From positions 4,847 through 68,846 of the forward strand of contig DASUUX010000193.1 of NCBI GenBank assembly GCA_036373855.1: a DNA stretch of 64,000 nt, read 5' to 3'. The notes below the pieces were generated by a model that was not told the DNA's origin, made no database searches, and saw only the letters and a program-made list of their open reading frames with translations. Of the stretch, positions 49,112 to 60,136 are shown piece by piece (the first letter of the stretch is position 1; every line of letters begins with the position of its first letter). Made by a program: the position numbers and the translations under genes. This stretch comes from Nitrososphaera sp. Lineage in GTDB: Archaea > Thermoproteota > Nitrososphaeria > Nitrososphaerales > Nitrososphaeraceae.

Positions 49112-50416
49112 CTAGATTTCCGTCATAACTTCTTCCCCTTGCTGCCGCCGCTGCATCTTTGTTATTGCAAGATAAATGAGTGAAGCGGCAGCAAGGCTCG
49201 GGATTGTTGCACCTATAGCCGGCAGCTGAGGCATATAGATGGGCGAAAGGGGAGACAGAATGTAGTTTAGTAGAGCCCCAAGAGTCCATGCAATTATTGC
49301 AGGCACTCCAATGCCCAGCCTGTTTTGGCGCGCATAAAACATCTGCTCTGTATATTTTTGCCTCTTCACTATGTAATAGTCTGTAAGCACGACTCCAAAA
49401 AGTGGAACAAATATCGCTCCTATCAAAAGCAAGAACACTTCGTACTGCTCGATAGAAACCACCATCGCTAGTATAGCGCTGAGTGCAGTGAAACCGACGA
49501 TTAGGTGCTTTTGGCTAATCTTTGGAAATATGTCCTGTGTGGATACCGATGCGGAGTAGACGTCTGCAAAGGCATTGTCGGCTTCATCGACTATCAAAAG
49601 TAGCATTAGAAAGCCAAAGAACATGGCCTGTATGGCAACCACAATCGCGAGGACGTCGGATGTTCCAATCAGAACGCCGCCAAAGTAAAACAGAATGTTT
49701 GTCATCGTAAAACCAATGAACGTTCCCCACAGCGCGCTTTTGCTTTTCTTGGAAAACCTGTTGTAGTCAGCAACAAGGGGCATCCACGATACGGGCATTG
49801 CTATAACGAGGTCAAGTGCAGAAAAGAACGACAAGCCTTCTCCGGGCGACGAAATAAGAGCGGTAATGTCTGCAGAGTTTATCAGATTGATAATTATTAT
49901 TGCAGACGTCCCATATGCTATCCACACGGCAAACTTGCCAATCCACTGCCTTACGACATTGAGCGGTCCTGCAATTCCAAGAAGCGCTACAAGCACTCCA
50001 AATATTGCTGCCCAAACGTAGTAAGGGACCATACCACCGGTCAGCATATCTGCTGCTCTTGCCATTATCATGATTTCAAATGTCGTCCACCCTACCAGCT
50101 GGAGGATATTGAGTATTGCAGGCAGGTACGAGCCCCTAATGCCAAATGCCGGCCTCATTGTTATAAGCGAAGGTATCCCATGATCGCTTCCTATCTTGCC
50201 TGCAAAGGCAAGCAGAATCGATCCTGCAGCCGACCCGACGATGATTGCAAGAATGGCATCAACAAAGCTAGCTTCGGAAAGAAATGAGCCGGCAGAAAGA
50301 ACTAGCAGTCCGACACCTAGGCTCGACCACAGAATGAAGTAGTCTAGCCCGCCAAGCATCTTGTGCTTGTCTGGCACTGGCTTGATGCCCCACTCTGGTG
50401 TCCTTAGCAATACCAA
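49112..50416 (-). CDS. NCS1/cytosine-permease family transporter, CytX-like (possible HMP uptake)
   Basis: FGIRGS, LVGWTTFE, AMPVSWMPLVADYNRF, DNAFADVYS; thiDN nearby. Confidence 0.85.
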   Translation of the reverse strand: MVLLRTPEWGIKPVPDKHKMLGGLDYFILWSSLGVGLLVLSAGSFLSEASFVDAILAIIVGSAAGSILLAFAGKIGSDHGIPSLITMRPAFGIRGSYLPAILNILQLVGWTTFEIMIMARAADMLTGGMVPYYVWAAIFGVLVALLGIAGPLNVVRQWIGKFAVWIAYGTSAIIIINLINSADITALISSPGEGLSFFSALDLVIAMPVSWMPLVADYNRFSKKSKSALWGTFIGFTMTNILFYFGGVLIGTSDVLAIVVAIQAMFFGFLMLLLIVDEADNAFADVYSASVSTQDIFPKISQKHLIVGFTALSAILAMVVSIEQYEVFLLLIGAIFVPLFGVVLTDYYIVKRQKYTEQMFYARQNRLGIGVPAIIAWTLGALLNYILSPLSPIYMPQLPAIGATIPSLAAASLIYLAITKMQRRQQGEEVMTEI

Positions 50417-50912
50417 ACTTCATCCATCACAAAAAAGCTAGCATCAATAATAGTCTTTGTTTGAGAATCCTTTGTACATCAATGAACATCTCTGATGACA
50501 GAGCACACACGTATTTTCTTGGCATATTCCATAGTATTATTGAGTCAACTTTGACCGAGCTACTATCGTTCTTGTTCTCATCAAAGAGACTTCAATACAG
50601 TCGATCTGAAATTTGTATACGTAGAGGCATTATTCATCGTTGATTTCCGAGTTTATGGCTCCGACTTCTGAATCTTTTACCAGAAGATTCAATGTTCGCC
50701 AAGAGTGCTAATTCATCTGAAGAAATTTTCGGCTAGTTAGCAGATAATAATATGTGGTCAAATTAGGTCTTGAATTCGTCAGAGTCCTTTGCCCATTTGT
50801 ATATACGGCGACCAAGCCTAAGTATGAAAGAACTGAATGGTCCTAGCCTCGGACCATTCTGACATGAGCTTGATCGAGGTAATAAAAGTTCTATCAAAGA
50901 AATAAGTAAATC

Positions 50913-51374
50913 TTGTATGATCATAATACCACAGATACAGCTTTGAATATCCCCCCTGATGTTGAAGAATTTATAGCAAGAGCAAGAGTTGCAAGGTTAG
51001 CAACAATAGATTCTGAATTCAAGCCCCACTTGGTGCCAGTAGTCTTTGTATTTGACGGTAATAGTTTCTTTATACCAATAGATGAGAAAAGAAAAAGAAT
51101 AGCTAAGCCTGAGAAATTAAAAAGGATAAGGAACATACAGGATAATCCTAATGTTGCCCTGCTTATTGACAACTATAGCGAAGATTGGACAAGATTGGCC
51201 TTTGTAACGATACAAGGGAAGGCGTCGGTCGCAAGCAAATCAGAAGGAAACATTCAGGTGACAGAAGCTTACAAAAAGCTGATGACAAAATATCTCCAAT
51301 ATCAAAAGGTGGGGGTAGGTGAGATGTGCATCTTAATAGCGCCAGAGAAAGTAGCGTCATGGAGCAATACTTGA
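50913..51374 (+). CDS. PPOX-class F420-dependent oxidoreductase (Rv0121-like)
   Basis: RVARLAT, PHLVPVVF, IDEK, RIRNIQDNPNVALLIDNYSEDW. Confidence 0.88.
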   Translation: MYDHNTTDTALNIPPDVEEFIARARVARLATIDSEFKPHLVPVVFVFDGNSFFIPIDEKRKRIAKPEKLKRIRNIQDNPNVALLIDNYSEDWTRLAFVTIQGKASVASKSEGNIQVTEAYKKLMTKYLQYQKVGVGEMCILIAPEKVASWSNT

Positions 51375-51417
51375 ATTAAAAAGAATATTATTTTTTGTTT
51401 CCAATGATGAGAGTTTC

Positions 51418-52359
51418 TTATCTAGCAAATCTAGCAAGCTGTTTTGTTAGCTCTATCATCTTTTTCACATCTTTGCCTATTGGAGAGAAGGCATAACCAA
51501 AAATTATGTGCTCTGCTCCCATCGCTTTGATTCTATCTATGTCACTTCCAATTTGATCAATAGTGCCACTCATCGGTGATCTCTGCTGGTTGGAGGAAGA
51601 GCTTTGAGAAGAAGAATCTAGCACATTTGGATATGACAGGACGACCACACGAATATCTGATGGGTTCTTGTTTGCCTTTCTTGCAACTTCTCTTAAGCCG
51701 TTTATAGCCTGTTCCAGCTGCTCTAATGGTCCAAATCCAGCAATCGGTAACCAACCATTTGCATGGTTTACTATTCGTGAGAAAGTATTTGGACTGAAGC
51801 CGCCAAGGAGTATTGGGAGATGCGGCTTTTGGATAGGCTTAGGACCAATTTTAGAAGCTGGTATATTGTAGAATTGACCTCTAAACTCGATCACGTCATC
51901 AGTCCATATACGTTTCAGCACTTGCAAATATTCATCTGCCCTTGCTCCTCTATGTTTGTAAGGTATACCGGAAACGTCATACTCATCTTTTGACCATCCA
52001 AGTCCAAAGCCGGCAATAGCTCGCCCACCTGATAGAACATCGAGTGTTGCAAATCTCCTCGCCAACACCACTGGGTTGTGAAACAACATATCAATTATAC
52101 TAGTCCCTAAGGAAATTCGGTCGGTATTGGCTGCCAAGTACGTAAGCGTCTCCAGCGGATCAAGTACATTTTGGTATTCGACTGGTATGGGAGCATTAGG
52201 TACTCCCCCATAGGGTGTCTGGGGCTTGACCGGCCATAAAAGGCGTTCCAATGCCCAGATAGAATCTAGACCTTCACCTTCAACCTGTTTTGCAATGTAT
52301 AGAACATTTTCCTTTGTGGCATTCTCTCCAGTGTGCGGCAAGAGTATTCCGATCTTCAT
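51418..52359 (-). CDS. LLM-class F420-dependent oxidoreductase
   Basis: MKIGILLP, DPLETLTYLAA, ATLDVLSGGR, GLGW..EY, PKPIQKPH. Confidence 0.9.
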   Translation of the reverse strand: MKIGILLPHTGENATKENVLYIAKQVEGEGLDSIWALERLLWPVKPQTPYGGVPNAPIPVEYQNVLDPLETLTYLAANTDRISLGTSIIDMLFHNPVVLARRFATLDVLSGGRAIAGFGLGWSKDEYDVSGIPYKHRGARADEYLQVLKRIWTDDVIEFRGQFYNIPASKIGPKPIQKPHLPILLGGFSPNTFSRIVNHANGWLPIAGFGPLEQLEQAINGLREVARKANKNPSDIRVVVLSYPNVLDSSSQSSSSNQQRSPMSGTIDQIGSDIDRIKAMGAEHIIFGYAFSPIGKDVKKMIELTKQLARFAR

Positions 52360-52877
52360 GACGTATACAAAGAAAAATAAAGTCATGGACTATTAAAGGA
52401 GTTTCAAAAACGATTCTGACGATTTTGGAAGTTGTTTGTTATTAACCTGTTTTCACGTGCATCAATTACAGATTTGCATTATCCTCTCAGACGCCAGACA
52501 AATTCAGTAATCCCCATGTATGCTATCTCGCAGCTCAATTGGTCTTTGCAAGCAGACTCGGATTGATGACTAGAATTATTATCACCACTGCTGGCACTTG
52601 CAACGAAAGGAGTAAACATAATAATTCTGATTTTTGTCTAATCGAATCTAGCAAATACCATATAATCATAAGTTAATTCCCAAATAGAAGAATTGAAGCC
52701 CTGCATTCATGATGGCCATCTAGCGGCTTACGTGGTCGTAAAACATGAAACTACGAAGCCATATACCAATAATATCCTTTAAATAACTACAATTGGTAAA
52801 ATTGTTATAAGAAAAATATCTATCTAGGATTATCCAAGAAAGCTTGAAAAGCCTATCATCACTTTTACCATTCTGAG

Positions 52878-54215
52878 TTGAAGATCGCACTATCAATTGC
52901 CGGCAGCGACTCAGGAGCAGGTGCAGGAATACAAGCTGACCTAAAGATGTTTTCTGCACTTGGTGTGTATGGATGCACCGCGGTAACTGCGATAACTGCA
53001 CAGAACACAAAGCAGGTAGCCGAGATATTCGAGGTACCACCGTCAATGGTAGAACAGCAGATAAGATCGGTTATGATAGATATGCGACCTAACGCCATCA
53101 AGATAGGTATGGTGTACAGCACCCCAATAATAGACGCGGTCTACCGTTCACTCAAAAAAACATCCAAGATTCCAGTAGTGCTTGATCCGATTCTTGCTGC
53201 TGGTACTGGCGCCAAGCTCCTCCGCGCCGAAGCATACAAATCATTTGTATCACAACTGATACCATCATCCACTCTAATAACCCCAAACAGGATAGAAGCT
53301 GAAAAACTTGCGGACATTGCGATTAAGACAGAGAATGATGCTATTGAAGCTGCTAGAAAGATAAAAAAGTTGGGAGCGCAAAACGTCATTGTCAAGGGCG
53401 GCCACTTTGGGTCTGCACATATGACCGACCTGCTGCTCGATAATAAAGGCAATATCATCAAATTCACAAATCCTCGGCTAGAGATAAAGGAAATCCACGG
53501 GTCTGGCTGCAACTTTTCATCAGCAGTCACAGCATATCTTGCAAAAGGCATGGCGCTTACAGAGTCATGCAGGATGGCAAACGAATATGTCCATATCGCC
53601 ATTAGAAATGCAGTAACAATAGGGAGGGGTTTGCCCATCGCAAACCCGCTTTCCATCATTTATCGTGATGCAAATCGCTACCGTACCCTGGCGGAACTAC
53701 AAGAGGCAGCAGAGCAGGTCACCATGCTTGATGGCTTTTATAGACTCATACCTGAGACACAGACTAATTTTGCTTATGCTCTCTTGAATGCAGTCGATAT
53801 ATCAGATGTCGCGGCAGTGCGAGGAAGAATAATCAAGATCGAGAATACTGCTGCACCTGCTTCATACATCAAGTTCGGTGTCTCCAGCCATGTCGCATCA
53901 GCAGTCATTGCGTACATGAGTGTCAACCCTGACTTCAGGTCTGCAATCAACATCAGGTTTGATGAAAGGATTGTCAATGTGTGCAAGTCACTATTCTCTG
54001 TGGCAAGCTACGATAGGACCAAAGAACCGAAAAAGATCAAGAGAAAGGAAGGGTCGAGTGTAGCGTGGGGAATCCTTGCTGCACTTTCAAAGAATCCCCG
54101 GGCTGATGTCATTTATCATACAGGGGATATTGGGAAAGAGCCGATGATTACTCTGTTTGGAAGGAACCCTGCAGAAATCGTAGAAAGAATTAAAAGAATA
54201 CTGAAAAAAATGTAG
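52878..54215 (+). CDS. thiDN: Bifunctional HMP/HMP-P kinase fused to ThiN thiamine-phosphate synthase
   Basis: [38 protein letters not shown]-terminal [21 protein letters not shown]. Confidence 0.93.
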   Translation: MKIALSIAGSDSGAGAGIQADLKMFSALGVYGCTAVTAITAQNTKQVAEIFEVPPSMVEQQIRSVMIDMRPNAIKIGMVYSTPIIDAVYRSLKKTSKIPVVLDPILAAGTGAKLLRAEAYKSFVSQLIPSSTLITPNRIEAEKLADIAIKTENDAIEAARKIKKLGAQNVIVKGGHFGSAHMTDLLLDNKGNIIKFTNPRLEIKEIHGSGCNFSSAVTAYLAKGMALTESCRMANEYVHIAIRNAVTIGRGLPIANPLSIIYRDANRYRTLAELQEAAEQVTMLDGFYRLIPETQTNFAYALLNAVDISDVAAVRGRIIKIENTAAPASYIKFGVSSHVASAVIAYMSVNPDFRSAINIRFDERIVNVCKSLFSVASYDRTKEPKKIKRKEGSSVAWGILAALSKNPRADVIYHTGDIGKEPMITLFGRNPAEIVERIKRILKKM

Positions 54216-54648
54216 GGCTTGCATAAAAATACAAATCACCCTCTACATTACAGAATCTGAATCTTGCATAAATGACTAGCTTATGTTACATGTATCAATT
54301 GTCAAAAAGTTGTTATGCCTTGCTATGGCGTATTTCTGCGTACTGAATACGTGGATAACTGTCTGACATGAATCACTGATCCTCTCGGAAAAGACAATTG
54401 AGAACCTTAGAGCTATCTACCTCTGCGGACAACTTTGACAAAGTGTAACTCTACGTATAGCATATGTTTAAGTTAATTTTTGGTATCATTAGCAGAAGCG
54501 AGTCCATTAGACCTCATTAGTACAATAGTGCTTAACAATAAGATCAGATTGAGCTCTCACTAGTTCATTTCTTGTCATATCCTACCTCCTCAGCTATTGT
54601 CGCTTATCATAGATCTTCTTTTTAAACAAGTCTCCTGAAGTTCGAAGT

Positions 54649-54882
54649 GTGGGGCATCTACCGCAAGAAAGCGAACTTACGACGGAAATATTTGAAACTC
54701 TGAGCAAAGTCGGATTTTCTCATGGAGTCAGCAAACCTACTATACATATCTGCTGCTCCACGGCTTTGGAGGAACTACCTTTTCATGTAAAGACATGGAA
54801 GACTATTTCTTATAACAAAGGACAAACGCACACTTTGAAAAGAAAATTAGTGAAAGCACTAAAAGAAGTTCTTAACCGCTAA
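54649..54882 (+). pseudogene. Possible C-terminal remnant of a nucleoside 2-deoxyribosyltransferase-like protein
   Basis: VGFSHGVSKPTIHIC..LPFHVKTWKTISY resembles E.G.A.G..KP.I...L.FD.....I.Y with the Glu missing; N-terminus absent. Confidence 0.35.
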
Positions 54883-55023
54883 AAAAGGCTATCCTTTAGC
54901 CCAGCAAAATCAAGCTTTGGGACAAATGTGCATGTCCGTTGTACCCAGTCGGCTATTTCTATTGTTGGTAGATAGCTCAATTTATATTATATATGCGTCG
55001 AAAGCCTGAAAAAGACACATATC

Positions 55024-55731
55024 ATGAAAGCGGTAATTCTGGCAGGTGGGCTGGGCACAAGGCTCCAGCCTTATACGTTCTTTATTCCAAAGCCAATGCT
55101 CCCGCTTGGCAATAAACCTCTCCTTGAATATATTATTGAGTGGATGAAGAACTCTGGCGATATCGATTACATTGTCATCTGCGTAAGCTACCTTCATCGA
55201 ACAATAGAAGACTATTTTGAGGACGGCAACCGGTTTGGAGTGAAGATTGAGTACGCAAGATCCGAGCGTCCGCTTGCAACAGCAGGCCAGCTTAAGACTG
55301 CTGAGAAGTTGCTTGAGGATGACTCGTTTGTATGTGTCTATGGAGATTCTGTCTATGAGTTCAATTTGCGCAAGATGATAAGGCAGCATAAGGAGTCAAA
55401 GGCGTTTGTCACTATGGCGGTTTTACAGTACTCCACTAAACTAAAGTATGGATTTATCGACATTAATGGTCAGGATAGAGTCACCGCATGGCGTGAAAAG
55501 CCTGAGATAAGCGGCCTGATAAACATCGGTTCTTACATTATGGAGCCGCAGTTTTTGAAGATAATACCCAAGTCCGGATCGTTTGGAATGGATGATGCAG
55601 TAAGGAAGGCGCTGGAGCAAAGGAGGACCGTCAAGGGATTTAGGATCGATAGCGGCTTTATAGACATTGGTGACAAAAAGTCATACTTGGATGCGTACAA
55701 GCAGTATGTAAGCAAGCTGGGCAAAATCTAG
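55024..55731 (+). CDS. Sugar-phosphate nucleotidyltransferase
   Basis: KAVILAGGLGTRLQPYT..PKPML, PLATAG, YGD, EKP, DIG. Confidence 0.93.
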   Translation: MKAVILAGGLGTRLQPYTFFIPKPMLPLGNKPLLEYIIEWMKNSGDIDYIVICVSYLHRTIEDYFEDGNRFGVKIEYARSERPLATAGQLKTAEKLLEDDSFVCVYGDSVYEFNLRKMIRQHKESKAFVTMAVLQYSTKLKYGFIDINGQDRVTAWREKPEISGLINIGSYIMEPQFLKIIPKSGSFGMDDAVRKALEQRRTVKGFRIDSGFIDIGDKKSYLDAYKQYVSKLGKI

Positions 55732-57000
55732 ATGAGCATAGCCCTGTTTGAGGATTCACACTGGCAGAACTTTGCGCCAATTTCACTTACAAAGGCTACA
55801 TTTGACATCAAGGTCGGGGCAAGGAGCTTTGTTGAAGAGCACCAGCTGGCACCAGAAATACTGCTTACAAGAGAGTATCTTGCATGTATCACAACCGAGC
55901 GGCACCCTAACTGCAAGGTAAACCCAAGCTCCATAGGTAGCGATACTGTGTTTGTCAACGGGCTCCTCCACCCTGGGGCACTCTACCCTAACCGTCTGTT
56001 CAACATAAATCACACCTTTGCCATAACTGCCAGGGGCACCAAAAGACTGCTTGTTGCGAGACTCGACAGCAAAGGGATAGAATATCTGCAGGATTGCGTT
56101 ACAGCAGGCAGGAGGATAGATGTTAAGAAACTAAAAGTGGAAAAATTGAGCAATTTGGAAGATCAAGAGACTCAGGGGATCATTTCAGAGCCTTGGGACG
56201 TAATCAGAGTTCTTGAGAATTCCCTTGCAACACAGGTTTCTAATATGAAAAATGAAACGCAGCTAGGCGCAGAGGTCACGGTAGCCGGCAGCAACACTGT
56301 AGCAGTTGGGAAAGATGCCTCAGTAGAGGATGGAACCGTGCTTGATGTAAGAAATGGAGGTATATACATAGGGCCGGGAGCTTATGTTGCGGCAAGCAGG
56401 ATAGTGGGCCCAGCCTATATTGATGGTATGGCGCAGATTAAGCAGTTCACTATCATTGAAGCGAGCTATATCGGCTACAACTGCAGAATTGGAGGAGAAG
56501 TAGAACACTGTGTAATTTCTGATCATACAAACAAAACACATGCGGGATTCATTGGCCATTCATATATTGGCGAATGGGTGAACATTGGCGCCATGACCAC
56601 TACATCAGATCTTAAGATGACATACGGAAACATCAAGATGAACAGCGGCAAGAATATGAAGATTGACACTGGTCAAGAAAAGATAGGTTCGTTTTTCGCA
56701 GACATGGTCAAGACATCTATTGGCACGCTTATTTACAGCGGCAGGCGGATCGGCGTTTCTTCCCACTTGCATGGTCTTGTTGCACAAGATGTGCCAAGCT
56801 TCACTATCTATGGCACAAGCATAGGAGCAAGAAATGTAGAACTTGAGCTTGATTCGATAATAGAAACTCAGAGGAAAATGATGAGGCGACGTAACCAGAC
56901 TATGACAAAAGCATATGAACAAATGATAAACGATGTATTTGCCATAACCGTAATGGATAGAAAGCGGATGGGTGTCAGGAGAGGCAAGTTTGTCCTCTAG
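55732..57000 (+). CDS. GlmU-related protein: degenerate nucleotidyltransferase-like N-domain plus left-handed beta-helix
   Basis: GGEVEH, NKTHAGFIGHSYIGEWVNIGAMTTTSDLKMTYG; no GxGTR motif. Confidence 0.85.
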   Translation: MSIALFEDSHWQNFAPISLTKATFDIKVGARSFVEEHQLAPEILLTREYLACITTERHPNCKVNPSSIGSDTVFVNGLLHPGALYPNRLFNINHTFAITARGTKRLLVARLDSKGIEYLQDCVTAGRRIDVKKLKVEKLSNLEDQETQGIISEPWDVIRVLENSLATQVSNMKNETQLGAEVTVAGSNTVAVGKDASVEDGTVLDVRNGGIYIGPGAYVAASRIVGPAYIDGMAQIKQFTIIEASYIGYNCRIGGEVEHCVISDHTNKTHAGFIGHSYIGEWVNIGAMTTTSDLKMTYGNIKMNSGKNMKIDTGQEKIGSFFADMVKTSIGTLIYSGRRIGVSSHLHGLVAQDVPSFTIYGTSIGARNVELELDSIIETQRKMMRRRNQTMTKAYEQMINDVFAITVMDRKRMGVRRGKFVL

Positions 57001-57002
57001 TA

Positions 57003-58469
57003 CTACATGTAGTTAAGCCCCTCACTTTCTTTCCAAAGCCCAAGCCTCTGGTGCAGCCAGGGGTAAAAGTTGGCGTCGCCATTTTCAAATTCCTTCTTAA
57101 TTATTCGGATGATTTTCTTTGAGACATCTCCCGGTGTGCCGTATATCTGCTTTTTGTGTCGCAGCTTCAGTCCCAAACCCTCTTCTCTATTGTAAGCCTC
57201 TTCAACCATAGAGACTATCCAACCTGCATTCAGTGGCGGAACAAGCATATTGCTCTGGGCATCAAATATGGTTTCCGGCCTGTCGGTATTGAGCCTGACT
57301 GTCATTGATGTTACCTTGGGAAAGTAAAGCAGCTCTTCCTGCATTGAGCCAGAGTCTGTCATTTCAGCCCAGCAATGTCCGCTGTCAAGGAATTCTATGA
57401 CATGTGCGTATTCCTTCCATAGAGGCGTCATTAGAAATTTTTCTGGATGCTGCTCTGCAAGACTATGCAATTTGAATTCAAGACCGTATTGCTTGAGTGC
57501 AGCTACTGTGGCGTTTAGCAAGATTAGGACAACTTTCATGTCAGTGTTCTTGATAAGTTCTACAAGCCCCTCAATAATTGACATAAAGCGCTTCTTTGTC
57601 AAGTTTTCTCGCCTATGAATGTCCATTCTTATCCAATCGTCCCTTTCAAGCTGAGGGTAAAAAGTAAAAATGCTCTGCTGGGGCTTTTCTTTTCTCTTGA
57701 TTTGGATTGCATCCACCACCGAGTTGCCGACAACGTAGACAAAGTTCTCTGGATATCCTTCCCTTACTAGATTGTCTTTGTTGAGCTTTGTTGGAGCAAA
57801 GAAGAACTGTGTGCCTGCTGAGCATATCCACGTGCAAATCTGCTCTGGAAAAGGTTCTTCCCTCGCAATAAACCATTTGCCTTCAAATTGGCTGCTCACA
57901 AATTCTTGTATCTCCGATCTTGTCGGCTCTCGTCCCGCCTTTAGCAACTTTATGACCTGGGGACTCATGGATCTAAGGCCTGCCTCATTCTGCCCAACCT
58001 TTTGACCCATGCCAAAAACCCATGCAAGTGGGGCAATGCCTGCCACCAGTGTGTCGCCATGCACTATTGGGAGGAGAGACTCAGTCCCAAAGTGCTTCTT
58101 GCAGTATCTGCCAAATGAGCCGAACTTGATTATTAGCTCGCCTGCCTTTTCCATTAAGTCTCCACGTATCTGAAGGTTGCAGCCAACGAACTTCTGCAGA
58201 TTGAACTCTTCTATACCGAATCTGAGTACCTCATCAAAATGTTGACCCGTGTCAACTACAAATACTGGTAGTTTTTCCCTTACTGCTTCAAGTACAAGCG
58301 GAGCCTGCTTGTAAAAATCCGGCTTAGTGCCGGTGATTATTGCAAGAACGGGGCTTTTGTCCCTTCGAGCCTTGTCAAAAACGGAGTGGATGTTGTCTGA
58401 CACCTTGATAGGCAGCGGGTTCGTTGATACGTCGATTTCCCTAAAGCCACTAGTATTATTCTTTCTCAA
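57003..58469 (-). CDS. UDP-N-acetylglucosamine 2-epimerase
   Basis: GTKPD, TGQHF, VHGDT, EAGLRS, PFPEQ, GNSVVDA, HRREN, TDSGSMQEE, TDRPE. Confidence 0.92.
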   Translation of the reverse strand: MRKNNTSGFREIDVSTNPLPIKVSDNIHSVFDKARRDKSPVLAIITGTKPDFYKQAPLVLEAVREKLPVFVVDTGQHFDEVLRFGIEEFNLQKFVGCNLQIRGDLMEKAGELIIKFGSFGRYCKKHFGTESLLPIVHGDTLVAGIAPLAWVFGMGQKVGQNEAGLRSMSPQVIKLLKAGREPTRSEIQEFVSSQFEGKWFIAREEPFPEQICTWICSAGTQFFFAPTKLNKDNLVREGYPENFVYVVGNSVVDAIQIKRKEKPQQSIFTFYPQLERDDWIRMDIHRRENLTKKRFMSIIEGLVELIKNTDMKVVLILLNATVAALKQYGLEFKLHSLAEQHPEKFLMTPLWKEYAHVIEFLDSGHCWAEMTDSGSMQEELLYFPKVTSMTVRLNTDRPETIFDAQSNMLVPPLNAGWIVSMVEEAYNREEGLGLKLRHKKQIYGTPGDVSKKIIRIIKKEFENGDANFYPWLHQRLGLWKESEGLNYM

Positions 58470-58945
58470 CGAAGATCATCTAAGTCTCTGCTATGTATGT
58501 GCCTTCTTTTTGATACAGCAAGCATGTAGCCCCCTATTCCAGTTACACCTGCGCCAGCTGGCATAAAAATGAAGGGTGCCACTCCGACTCCTCCCACAAT
58601 ATACTGGCTCGGGATCTTTGGCACCATGCTTACACCAATGGCCATGCCTGCAACAATTATGATGCCGGCTGCTATGAGCAGTGCGCCTCCTATCGGAGAG
58701 CCATAGGTTTTGGCCATGACAAATGCAAAGCCAGCAAGTATTAGGCATGGAGCAGCTGAGATGAATATGAGCTGCAGCAGCAGGCTGCCTGGCTCAACTA
58801 CGCGCTCAGGCCCTGTGCCTTCAGGACCGATCAAAAAGTTGTAAAATGATAGCAAAAGCGCGACAAACATTGCCGCCAGGCCAAGGGATGCGAGCGAAGT
58901 CCAGTCCTCCAGCTTTAAGTTCATTATAATACCTGATTCTATCAC
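58466..58945 (-). CDS. Conserved membrane protein (about 4 TM)
   Basis: Four hydrophobic helices; overlaps the epimerase start. Confidence 0.75.
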   Translation of the reverse strand: MIESGIIMNLKLEDWTSLASLGLAAMFVALLLSFYNFLIGPEGTGPERVVEPGSLLLQLIFISAAPCLILAGFAFVMAKTYGSPIGGALLIAAGIIIVAGMAIGVSMVPKIPSQYIVGGVGVAPFIFMPAGAGVTGIGGYMLAVSKRRHIHSRDLDDLR

Positions 58946-59046
58946 GAGTTGATAATTAAATGATATGGTTTAGCTCAATTTAAGCGCTCACCGGCCTGTA
59001 CTTGCATCATGAGAGTCTGATGTCACCTAGTAGCATGATCATTTAG

Positions 59047-60081
59047 TCAGAGGATTCCTACAAGACCCGCCAGCTCTTTCCTGCATGACGAGCCTAATAT
59101 TTCAGCTGACTTTTCTGGTCTTACATTGTTTATGAAAACTCCAAAACCCCGCTCAAGGCCCGACCACGTATTCATTTGAGGATACACTTCAATATGCCAG
59201 TGGATCAGGCGGCTGTTCTTCTTCTCCGGCGACAGGTGGAATACAAGATTGAATGGAGCATCTTTGAGCGCCTTTGACATGCCACCAAGTGTAGCTCGCA
59301 GTATCAATGCAAGGTCATTAATCTCCTTTTGTGTTATTTTTGAAAATGATGTTATATGTCTTTTTGGATAGATCCAGAATTCATATGGGTAAGTAGAAGC
59401 CCAAGGACAAAAGGAAATAAAATTGTCAGTAGCAAGAATCTGGCGCGGACCGCTTGATTCAACTCCGATGAAGCTGCAAGCAGGGCAACTGCCGTTCTCA
59501 TTCATGAACCTGTGTGAGCCTTCTGCCTCCATGTCGATAACTGGAGGTATAGAAGAAAAAGTAACGATGTTTAGGTGAGGATGGGTTACCTGCGCACCTG
59601 CGCTGGCACCGCTGTTCACATAGATTGAGACATACGTCACACCTTTTTGGGTGTAAAGCCACCTTACGCGGTCTTGGATGACCACAAGGACATTGCCCCA
59701 CTGCTCAACAGAAATGTGCGAAAGGCTCTGATTGTGATCTGGCGATGCAACCACTATCTGATGGTATCCGTAGGCCGGCTCGCTGTACAATGGTTTGTCA
59801 CTGTAGCTTGTAGCGGAGCCAGTGACAACTACCGGTTTTTCACTCTGAAATACCCTCACTGACCAGTCCTCTATTATGTTGTCCTCGCTGTCTGAGAGAC
59901 GCTGGAGCATACCCTCCTTGACCACAAGCGCAAGGATTGCTGGCTCAGTCATCGACTCATTACCAGGGCAGTACGGGCAATTGTCTCCTCCATCGCTATG
60001 CCTGTCCTCTGATGCAGCTTGGCGAGCTTCAGGCATGACAACAAACTTATCAAGAACGTAATCTTTGCGTAAATCCCCCAA
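59047..60081 (-). CDS. galT: Galactose-1-phosphate uridylyltransferase family protein
   Basis: CPYCPGNE, AYGYH, N.G..AGA...HPH, CPAC, HWHIEVYP, SGLERG. Confidence 0.85.
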   Translation of the reverse strand: MGDLRKDYVLDKFVVMPEARQAASEDRHSDGGDNCPYCPGNESMTEPAILALVVKEGMLQRLSDSEDNIIEDWSVRVFQSEKPVVVTGSATSYSDKPLYSEPAYGYHQIVVASPDHNQSLSHISVEQWGNVLVVIQDRVRWLYTQKGVTYVSIYVNSGASAGAQVTHPHLNIVTFSSIPPVIDMEAEGSHRFMNENGSCPACSFIGVESSGPRQILATDNFISFCPWASTYPYEFWIYPKRHITSFSKITQKEINDLALILRATLGGMSKALKDAPFNLVFHLSPEKKNSRLIHWHIEVYPQMNTWSGLERGFGVFINNVRPEKSAEILGSSCRKELAGLVGIL

Positions 60082-60136
60082 TCTTTTCAGCCTACAAAAG
60101 GCTCTGATTGCTTTTAATTAAATGTTCTGTAACTTT

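Noticed and set aside
50417..50900. TPP riboswitch or tenA upstream of the CytX-like gene
   Set aside because: No TPP core motifs or TenA-like frame found, only unidentifiable fragments
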